Of a stretch of 64,000 bases of DNA, positions 24,269 through 33,911 are shown piece after piece. The notes under the pieces were generated by a model. That model searched no databases and was not told the DNA's origin. It worked only from the letters and a program-made list of their open reading frames with translations. Location of the stretch: positions 137,837 to 201,836 of the forward strand of contig JAQGDQ010000299.1 of the NCBI GenBank assembly GCA_030141605.1, in the 5' to 3' direction. Made by a program: the position numbers and the translations under genes. Within the stretch, counting starts at the first letter, position 1, and each line of letters starts with the position of its first letter. Source of the DNA: Tubiluchus corallicola. Its lineage: Eukaryota > Animalia > Priapulida.

Positions 24269-26609
24269 TTAAGCAACTTCAAGAGTTTTTGATTATGATA
24301 CTTTCATTTTGTTTGATGTATCTACTACTAGGTGCCTGTAGATGTTTGTCTGCACATGGAAAAATTTACCAGATATTATGAGCTCTTATATTTTCGGTAC
24401 AGTCTCAGTGTCTGGTCTTTGCCAATCATTTTGGGGTTAATTTATCTTCTGTTATTGTTTGTGCACATTCATATCCGGTCTTTTGTAAGTTACATGTGCA
24501 AAACAATGAAACAATGACCAAATTGTGAAATGAGAATACTCACAGACTGTTTCTCATTACAAGCTGAACAGGATGCTGTATACAGTGGCAAAGGAAAAAG
24601 TAGTTTCAAAAAAACTTAACAGATGACTCTACTAGTCAAGTAGCTCCTTTTGTTTTGTTGTCGTAATGACAAAACAGCGGGAATTGAATGACTGTTCAGA
24701 AATTATAAACACTTTTGCTTTAGTTTCCTGGTTTTCTGAACATGCCATTGAAATTGTAGAACTTTCAGGTCTTCATCTTGATTAAAACGTTTTACCACTA
24801 TCCTTGGGTTTACAAGCTTGTAAGCGGTCACTACTCGCAACACGCATTAGTAGATAATCAACTTAAATGTTGATTTGATCAGATTGATCTACTGTAATTA
24901 TGAATTTTTGTAGTTATTTATTTTGTTTATTTATTTATTTGTTTACATCGTATCAGAATTACAAGGCAGGCCCATCATTACCGTACATATTATAATAATT
25001 TCTAAACATTAGGTAATATAAAAATGACGTCATCACTAAATCACATCATTTTCATGTTGAGGTTCTTAAAATCCTTTAGTAAATTTGTTTGTTTTTGTCA
25101 TCTTTATATCCATTTTTTAAAAAAGCGGTCCTTTGAATTAGATTTCGTTAATTTGTCGACCTTTTTAGGGTTATTTTCAAATGCTTGATGTTTTAAACGA
25201 AGCTTTTTTGGCCCTCTTTCTGATAATTAAAAGTAGATTGATGCAATAGGTTATGAAAAAACGTTGATATTCTAAAATTAGACACCAAAAGTCAAATTGT
25301 ATTTTTTCTCATATTTTAAAACGGTTTAAAAGTTTTTTGTGTTGCCAGGGCTAGCTTAATGCAACATAGTAATGACCGTCATTGTGAGAATTGAAATTCG
25401 GTTTGCCTTTTTGTCAGAGCTATCTGGGTCACGTAATAAGCAAGTTTGACCCAATTTTGATACAACTGCTGTTAAAACCTTGAAAGTCAAATCACATCAG
25501 AACATTGTGTGTGATGGTACGATGCTCTACCGAATAGTAAAACGTACCCATCCATTCTGCCATGACCAACAATTGTAGTGAGTGCAGCAGTGAAAGTATG
25601 TGCTTTAAATAATTAATTGCTTGTGGAAAGTGAAGATGTTTGCAAGTCGTTTAACTGTGGCGTGTGTGTGCAAAAAAATTAGCTTGGGTTTAGGTTCTTG
25701 GTAAAGCAGTTGTGCTAGCAGTTTTTTTATACTTTTTTCACTTTTGCTTTTTGCAAATCTTTCTTCACTATTATTGTTAGAAATTTCTCTTTATTGTGCT
25801 TTTGTTGGTGGCTACAGTGTTAATAAGGCTTATTTAGATGTGCCATGTAAGTAATTTTCACCACTTTGGCCTACATTTTATTTGTACTTGTGTATTAAAT
25901 AAGCATGGTATTAAGTTTTTTATTAAATAAGCTGTATTAAATGTATCAGGTTAGTTGCCAAAGGTGTGTAGCTGCTGTTTTGCAATAAGGAGGTAGAAAA
26001 GTGGTTTGTTTTTGGTTGGGGAGTGTGCTTAGTAAGAACTGTTAAAGGGTAAACCCAGGGTGTTACTAGGAAGTGTAACTCTATCAGTGTTATAATACTA
26101 TAAATACATTGTAGCCTAACTTCCTTGTGGTGCTGGTTACAAGTTCAAACTGGTAAGAATTTTAGAGAAGCTTACATACACATATAAAAGCAGCTTTTTT
26201 TAGTTTTGTTTTACTCAGTCTATTTATTTGTAGATCATTAAGACAATTTTTAGGTTTATACTGTAAATTTGTATGAAATTACTGTAAACAGGATTGAGGT
26301 TTAATTATTTGTTAATTTGGAGGCAATTCGGAGAAGCAATTTAAGCTTGCAAAGATGCATGAACATTTTCAACATTTGAACATTCACAATTTAATTATTC
26401 ACAGCATTACAGTCGAAATACATCAGTTTGTATGTATGAATACAGAATATGAATGACACAGCTAGTAACTATAATGCTACAAAAATCTTTTGTAAATACT
26501 TGATTATAAGTGATTGAGCAACATTTAATGTTTTGGGTTACCTAAACGAATACAGAGTGCACTTATTGTAGAACACACTAAAATGCATGTATGCCTACTC
26601 TGCAAAATG

Positions 26610-29438
26610 CTAAAACCTGTCCAACATCTCACATCTCTGCTTCATATCTATCTTGGAACTTAGTCTTGGGTCTTGTTTCTTTTTTAACGAGAGTTGCGTC
26701 CTTAGCTGTTGTGCACTTAGTCGGAATACATCGCTGTCAGCCTCTGGCGGTGGTGGTGGTGGTGACGATGCGACAGGTGCCGGTGCTGAAGCTGGTATCA
26801 TCACTGGACCATCTGCTGGTTCTGCTGTAACTGGTGGTGTTTCTGGAGCTTGTATCATCGTTTCAGCACCTTTTTTCTCAGATTCACCACTAAACCCAGG
26901 TGTTGGTCTGGATGGAGGTGCTTTTATATGTTTAGTGTTACTTAGCTCTTTACTAATTTTGATGCTTCTGGATTTAAAGTATTCATCGGTAGCCTGGTCC
27001 ACAACCAGCAATTTGGTTTCATCTGGAATGGCTCTGATCTTATGTACCACCTCTGAATGCGTGAATTTTTCAACATTCTCTTTGTTCACCTCAATTACAC
27101 GATCACCTATCTTTAGCCCAGCAAGTTCTGCGGGACTTTGGGCGTCAACTTCGTCTATAAAATGTCCTCCTCCTGTCTCATCTTTAACTAGACTGAAGCC
27201 ATACCCTAGGATGTCTGGCCACTTGTAGAGGTGGCAGCATCGGGGTTGAGGGGGATCTGTTGCTTCCAATGTGAGGGTTTCTGCCACTTTATCCCTAACA
27301 GCGGTTTTTTCTGCATTGCTATTTCTGTTTGGGCGTGGCACTGGTGTGGTATGATTCTGAATATTTCCCAGTGAGCTTGATATGTATATGCTGTGTGCTT
27401 TGTACTGCTCATAAACATTGTTCTGGACAACTAGCATTTGCATTTCATTTGGATTTGATCTCATTTTGTTGACTATTTCCTTGTGAGAAAGGCCATCTAT
27501 GTTGTCCCCATTGATCTCAATGATCCTGTCACCCTTACGCAAGCCCCCCAGGTCAGCTGGACTGTCGGGGTCTACATTACTAATGGACTCCTGGCAAGTT
27601 CTGTTGTCGTACTGCAGGTTGAAGCCATAGCCTTCAAAATCAGCCCATTTTCTTATGCAACAAAGCCTTGGAGGAGGCAGGTTGGACAAATCCATTTGTG
27701 GAGCTGGAGCTGATATCAGTGTTTGACCGTTGTCTTTCTCGGGTTCGACGTAAAACCTGGGTTTTGGTTTGGATGCAGGAGCTTTAATGTATTGAATGTT
27801 ACTTAGCTCGTTACTAATTTTGATTCTCCTGCATTTAAAGTATTCATCGGTACTGTGATCCACAACCAGAAATTTGGTTTCTTCTGAAATGGCTCTTATC
27901 TTGCCTACCACTTCCGAATGTGTAAATTGTTCCACATTTTCATCATTTACCTCAATGATACGATCACCTACCTTTAGCCCAGCAAGTTCTGCGGGACTTT
28001 CGGTATCAACTTCATCAATAAAGTGACCTCCTCTTGCCTCGTCTTTTACTAGATTGAAGCCATAGCCTAAGAAGTCTGGCCACTTGTAGAGGTGGCAGCA
28101 GCGAGGTTGTGGGGAATCTGCTGGAATGTTTGACACTTCCGATGTGAAAGTTTCTGGCATACTATCCCTAACAACTGTTTTTTCTGCACTGCTATTTCTG
28201 TTTGGGCGTGGCACTGGTGTGGTATGATTCTTAATATTTCCCAGTGAGCTTGATATGGATATGCCATGTGCTTTGTACTGCTCATAAACATTGTTCTGGA
28301 CAACTAGCATTTGGATTTCATTTGGATTTGATCTCATTTTGTTAACTATTTCCTCGTGAGGAAGGCCTTCTACGTTGACACCATTTATTTCAATGATCCG
28401 GTCTCCTATAAGCAAGCCTCCCATGTCAGCTGGACTATCGGTTTTTACATTACTAATGAACGCTTGGCCGTTTCTGCTGTCGTACTCTAGATTAAAGCCA
28501 TAACCTTCAAAATCAAGCCATCTTCTTATTCGGCAAAGCCTTGGAGGAGGCAGGTTGGACAAATCAAGTTCCGAAGATGCTACAGTTTCCATTTTCATAT
28601 TTTTGCTTTCTTCATTCAATAGTGATGTAGTAACTGAGGGCTTGCTGTTTTCACTGTTCTGGCTATTTCTGTTAAGCTGGCTGGAATGTGGTCCACGTAC
28701 AGGTGTCTTGGTGTACTTGATCGCTTTCATCGTACCTTTGATGGGAATCTTGTGGCTATTGTAGAAATTATCGGCATCTGTGTCAACTACAAGCAACTTA
28801 GTTTCGTTTGAAATCGCTCGAATTTTGTCCACAATCTGTTCATGTGACAACTTTTCAACATTCTCTCCATTCACTTCTACTATTCTATCGCCAGTTTTCA
28901 GACCGGCAGTTTCAGCAGGACTCTCTGAATCTACAGATCCGATAAACTCTGCTTGCCTTCCTTGTTGATACTCCAACAGAAAACCGTATCCTTCAAAATC
29001 GTCCCATTTGACCAAGTGGCACAGTCTTATGATTGGAGCATCATCTGGTATTTCTCGGTTAGCTGAGTCTGGAGTTTCTGGTGTAGACAAAAAAATAACA
29101 TTGTGTTGTGTTCCATTTACGACAATTTTTCTAAGTTTGTAGTATTCATCTGTGGCGTCATCCACTACTAACAATTTTGCCTCTTTAGGAAATTGTTTTA
29201 ATCGTTCCACAACCTGTCGATGGGACTCATTAACAATATTGACACCATTAATTTCGATGATGCGGTCACCAACACTCAAGCCACTTGCTTCTGCAGGTGA
29301 ACCAGGTTCAACTTTACTGATGTATTCTCCTGGTTTGGAGATGTCAACATGCAGGTTGAAACCATAGCCTTCATAGTGTGGCCACTTTTTGATGTGACAC
29401 ATACGAGGTGCAGGAGCATCTGTAGGAATAGCTGCCAT
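26610..29438 (-). CDS. Intronless NHERF/EBP50 (SLC9A3R1/PDZK1)-family scaffold, 942 aa, six PDZ domains plus C-terminal ERM-binding-like helix
   Basis: Single ORF from ATG at 29438 (context tataaaATGg; the track's start at 29477 is a GTG). Six repeats of R(L/C/M)C..(K/R)W..(F/Y/I).GYGF.L...SPA...GL..GDR(I/V)(I/V)E(I/V)N...H..(V/I)V..(I/M/L), then a Pro-rich linker. The tail KIDMKQRCEMLDRF resembles NHERF1 MDWSKKNELFSNL. Confidence 0.95.
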   Translation of the reverse strand: MAAIPTDAPAPRMCHIKKWPHYEGYGFNLHVDISKPGEYISKVEPGSPAEASGLSVGDRIIEINGVNIVNESHRQVVERLKQFPKEAKLLVVDDATDEYYKLRKIVVNGTQHNVIFLSTPETPDSANREIPDDAPIIRLCHLVKWDDFEGYGFLLEYQQGRQAEFIGSVDSESPAETAGLKTGDRIVEVNGENVEKLSHEQIVDKIRAISNETKLLVVDTDADNFYNSHKIPIKGTMKAIKYTKTPVRGPHSSQLNRNSQNSENSKPSVTTSLLNEESKNMKMETVASSELDLSNLPPPRLCRIRRWLDFEGYGFNLEYDSRNGQAFISNVKTDSPADMGGLLIGDRIIEINGVNVEGLPHEEIVNKMRSNPNEIQMLVVQNNVYEQYKAHGISISSSLGNIKNHTTPVPRPNRNSSAEKTVVRDSMPETFTSEVSNIPADSPQPRCCHLYKWPDFLGYGFNLVKDEARGGHFIDEVDTESPAELAGLKVGDRIIEVNDENVEQFTHSEVVGKIRAISEETKFLVVDHSTDEYFKCRRIKISNELSNIQYIKAPASKPKPRFYVEPEKDNGQTLISAPAPQMDLSNLPPPRLCCIRKWADFEGYGFNLQYDNRTCQESISNVDPDSPADLGGLRKGDRIIEINGDNIDGLSHKEIVNKMRSNPNEMQMLVVQNNVYEQYKAHSIYISSSLGNIQNHTTPVPRPNRNSNAEKTAVRDKVAETLTLEATDPPQPRCCHLYKWPDILGYGFSLVKDETGGGHFIDEVDAQSPAELAGLKIGDRVIEVNKENVEKFTHSEVVHKIRAIPDETKLLVVDQATDEYFKSRSIKISKELSNTKHIKAPPSRPTPGFSGESEKKGAETMIQAPETPPVTAEPADGPVMIPASAPAPVASSPPPPPPEADSDVFRLSAQQLRTQLSLKKKQDPRLSSKIDMKQRCEMLDRF

Positions 29439-30514
29439 TTTATATTGATTGTCGATAATCGTTGCCTTGTAAGTCACACAAGTCTACTGCAACATCTATT
29501 GTCACGTCAAGAAGATAATTGTCCAATAGCTAAGAAACTTTATGATGCATCAATGGTCGTAGCAACTGTTCTGCTCGTATAAACCAAATACAAGTGTGCA
29601 GTTGTGTGCATGTTAGTTCAAAAAGACAGTACAATTAGTGCTAACACTTTGCTGTATTGACTTTAGGCGTGTGTGTGAAATGTCTGGTCCTGGGTAAAGT
29701 TCACTAGTTCTGTAGGTGAACGGGTGACATTAATCATTTGCGTTTCAGTTTTTATCTCGAATATCAACAAGTAATCCAACTTCTAGATAGATAGTACGTG
29801 TACAAATGAAATTATGGACATAAATGTGTTGATGTCATTTGAGGAGCTTTGGTAGTCATCAATACTGGTAGTCATCGGTTTACGACCTATGCGAGTTACG
29901 ACTGCTCAACTTAATTAATTAATTATTCAAAACCTACTATAACTCATATTTCCTTTAATTTTTTAATCGAATTAACTTTAAATCTCTGTCTATTTTGATA
30001 AATTCATCGTAGGCGCCACCATACCTTGTGTGCCTAACAGCAACTAAAGTGACAGCATTACAGCAACTAGAGTATCGGATTGGTCGTAAGAAGAATTGGG
30101 CACAAGTCGGACCTGTAAATTCAACGTATATTAAAGCGGTACAATGTCTTGCATGTAGGGGTGTACTGCTTTGATATACGTTGAATTTGCAGGTCCGAAT
30201 TGTGTCCAATTCTTCTTACGACCAATCCGATATTTTAGTTGCTGTAATGCTGTCACTTTGCTGTAATGTACTAGGACAAAAGTTCAGATTAGTAATTACA
30301 ATTATTAATTCCTCTTATAACAAAATTGGAACAACATTGGACAATATATTGGCAGAATGGTTTACTTTATTAGATATTATAATGCAAACTTACCCACTTT
30401 AGTAGCCATTTGTATTCCAAATCGTATAATATTCTGAATCTGAATTTTTATCTATATGTTCATGTACACTTGTGTCCTTTTGAATATTATTATTGCAACA
30501 ATCTTAAATGTAAA

Positions 30515-30960
30515 CAACACTTCATAAATAAAACTTGAAAATTATCTTGAAATTTTTACATCCTATCTTATTGCACGGAGAGCTTGCATTAGTAGTAATA
30601 CTGTATAAAACTTGTAAATTCAAACTTTAAAGGGCAAGTCGTTTAAAACAAGGTCAGGTGACATTGTGTAAAGTTCAAAAAAATAATAGGAGCATTTAGC
30701 CTACACTTCACAAATTAAGCAAAAGTTTAAATTTCTTCATATTGTCAGTAAGATCAATAATGTGTTATTTGGTGAATCAGTGGTGCACACTGGAATGGTG
30801 ATACAATGATGCTTTACCAGCTAGCACGAACATTTTAAATTATTAAGAATTTTCTTTTCTATTTACACATGTCTTTCAGGCAGGTAAACATAATGCTAAG
30901 TAATATAACCTTGTATGGAAGGTTTTGGGCATATACTTTAAAATTCCCTTTCCTTCTCCT
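30515..30960. mobile_element. Kolobok-like MITE, family B (lacks the hammerhead-like array)
   Basis: Similar to 9700-9950 and 10370-10520. Right end tcct|ttaa. Confidence 0.7.
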
Positions 30961-31399
30961 TTAACAAGCTGTATTTTGAGATTATTTCTAGAAAACCTAT
31001 TCTGCTGCAGGTCCTACCTAATTTATATTAACTGCTTGTTGTATATTAGAGTATTGCCTTTTTAAGCTTGTTCACTTTTTTCTATAAATTCCTGCATTGA
31101 AGTACTGCCACGTTTGGCCTTCTTTACCTTTATTTAAGCCTTTCTTGTACACCTTGAATGTTATAGTACATGTAATTTTGTTGTAACACTGGTGTGGATT
31201 TTTGCTTGAATTTAAGTTTATAAATAAATCTTAAATCTTTCCTGTTTTCGAGCACTGCTTTTCTGTCCTATTTTGAGCACAAGAAAACCTTCGAGTTACA
31301 TAAAGCTTAAAAATTCGTCTCGAAATTTTATACTCCTCACATACTGCCTTTTTACATACAGGGGTTGCTTTATAGCACATGTAAATTTAAACTTCCACG

Positions 31400-32234
31400 A
31401 TGACCGTTAGACGCGGCCATTTTTGTCTTCTTTGCCTTTATGTAAAATACGTAACTTTAGGTGAATTGCTTTGTCGCAACTCAGACTTGTAAATATTCGT
31501 ATCGCAACTTATTTCCATTTATCAGGAAGCTACAGAGTGTGCAGTGTGAATCTTACGCACACATATCTTCTACTGCCCCAGGGTATGTTTCAGTGACCTC
31601 TTCGTATCTGGTGTCTGTGTAGTGTAAATCGTTAGATTCTAAGCTTCTCTTGGGATCTTCTTTTGCTGAATGCGGCTTTTTGTATTTGCTGAAGGTCAAC
31701 AGAGTTCTGGAGTGAGAGGAATACATTAGGCGATGTATGAAATTCTGACATTAAACCACGTGTGAGCGCGCATTATATATATTGATCTGCGCAGCTTTTA
31801 GAATGTGTGTCAACTGCAGCAGTTCCTGTGTGTCCTCTTCAGTGAATTACAAGAGCTGTTCTATAACCGAGTGTTTAATAGAAGACTCCGTACTTGTGGT
31901 GTCTCTATATTACGTAACAATTGTTCATATTTTTAAATGAATTTAGCTGCTCGCTTGTTTTGTGTTTTATCTGGTATGGTCTTGGTGCACTCTGGCTTCA
32001 AATGAGCTTAACCTGTAGTTCTTCTAATATTCTGTGTTCAGCGTTAACTATCTAATTTTCGGTCACTTTTGGTTTTGTGCCTCAGCTGTTGTGGACTTTG
32101 AGAGCCAGTGGTTCCTTTATGGGACGTGGCGTTGCAAGTAAATGAATGTGTCCAACGGTTGTAATATGGAAAAAGGCTACAGCTCAGGTGTAGCTTCTGA
32201 GTTTTCTATAAGTGGTTGATAACACGCGGTAAGT
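31400..32234 (+). promoter_or_regulatory. Candidate TMEM184 promoter and non-coding first exon
   Basis: YY1-type motif gcggccatttt at ~31413-31423, then an apparently TE-free stretch ending in a consensus donor cgcg|GTAAGT at 32229. Confidence 0.4.
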
Positions 32235-33420
32235 GTGCTCACTCTGAAGTCCGCGTTGAAAAGAAAATACGGTTAGGAAATCAGAACTACTTGGTATTGC
32301 CAGAATGATGAAAGATTAGCTCTGTTGCAGCGTTTTAAAAAAGTAAAATGTTGTAGCTAGTACATTGTTTATTTGTTACGTGCTTGTTTGTTGTTTAGTC
32401 AAATGAATGGTGACATACGTAACGTGAGAATCTTATCGCGTTGTTGTCCATGATACAATTTTGTTTAATTTTTGCTTTTGCTTAAATTTTTGTTCCAAAA
32501 ATTCCTAAACTACTCGTTTAGCTGCTGCCGCTTTTATTTTCACCCCTGATGAAGAACAGTTGCTTATCAGTCCGTTTTCCGCGGGCTTTTTATCTATGGA
32601 ATTCTTTACCAGAACATTGTTTTCCTGATAATGAAAATCACAAAAAACGTCAACAACTTGCTCCCATCCCTTTTCAGTTAGTTTATAAATTCTCATTTTT
32701 GGAACTGACAGTGTGTTTACTATTCATTTCAACCTTTTACTGTAGCTCCTTATTTTCAGATATTGTTGGCTTTATCTGGGCCAATTTGTATAAAAAAGTT
32801 TGCACAAACAGTCAAAGGCATAAATGACATTGTTTAGCTCTATCATGCAGTCGTGAAAATAAATATGGAATATCTATAAACTTAAGAAGTCGTATAAGCT
32901 ATTTGCTTGTGACGTGGTCAATTATGTATTTGTACTGGATTGTTGTATGTGTTATGAATTGTCACTAAAGTTCTTTAGTAGTTTTACAAATTTTACTTAG
33001 CTGTATTAACAGCTTCTGGGCAATTTCGCAATTAGCGGGACATGACCCTAAAATTTCAGTTTGTTTTTTTCCATGATTTTTGTGTTTGACTTAGCATGCT
33101 TAGTGAGTTTGACTTTTGTGTTAGTAAAAGACACATTGAAGTTTCCGGGAAAAGTATTTGTCAGGTTAAGTCGTTAATTAGTTGATGAATTCATCACTTT
33201 TTGAATTAGTGTAGAAGTGATGAAGTGTTCATATCTTTGAGACATATTCCATTTTAGAAAACTTTTCATTCAAAGATGCTCATTTATTTTGTCCTTTTTT
33301 TGTAACCGACATTAAAAGCAATGTTTTCGTCTTTATTATTCCATGAAATGTTTTCATTCTTTGCCGTATTCCAGGTCTAGACTAGATTGATGTATTGTAA
33401 CATGAGTGAGAATTAATATC

Positions 33421-33911
33421 TTCTTCTTCCCAGCTTCTCCCTATGCGGGGTCGCCGTTGTGAATGAGTCTTCTCCACGCATTACTGTTGTTGACTATCTC
33501 TTCATTTATGTCTTCCCTTCCCACATGATCTTCACCGACTCTTCTTTTCAGGTGCCCATACTATCGCAATCTTGCGAGGCTTCCACTACTTTTACTGTTC
33601 CTCTGATATTATTATTTCTAATTTTATCTCTTTTTGTTATTCCCACCATTCATCTCAACATCCTCATCTCCAACACACCCATTTTCTTCTCTTCGGTTTT
33701 CTTTAGAGAAGCTTCCAGCCCATAGATTAGAGCGGGTCTGACCACTTCTTTCTGGACTTTACCTTTAAGTCTCACCGACTCATTCATACGAGGTTTTGGC
33801 GCAGTTTTTACAGGCGAATGCCCTTCCTGACCCTAACCCTCCCTATTTATCCGGGTTTGGGACCGGCACTGAGTTGGGCTGGCTTGCCCCCCTCCCCCCA
33901 GTGGCTAGGTT
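33421..33911 (-). mobile_element. Internally deleted (bipartite) RTE-clade non-LTR element with 16-bp TSD
   Basis: TSD agtgagaattaatatc / agtgagagttaatatc (33405-33420, 33912-33927) and a (GAA)n tail. Minus-strand remnant LKGKVQKEVVRPALIYGLE...EMRMLR*MVGITKRDKIRN...WRRLIHNGDP matches the RTE C-terminus. The 5' part resembles an RTE 5' UTR (gtgccggtcccaaacccggataa...ggaagggcat). Confidence 0.85.

Noticed and set aside
29439-29477. 13-codon N-terminal extension of the PDZ ORF
   Set aside because: Starts at GTG. The first ATG in good context is at 29438.
26591-29582. Plus-strand and alternative-frame ORFs over the PDZ gene
   Set aside because: Antisense or frame shadows of a long coding sequence, with no independent features.
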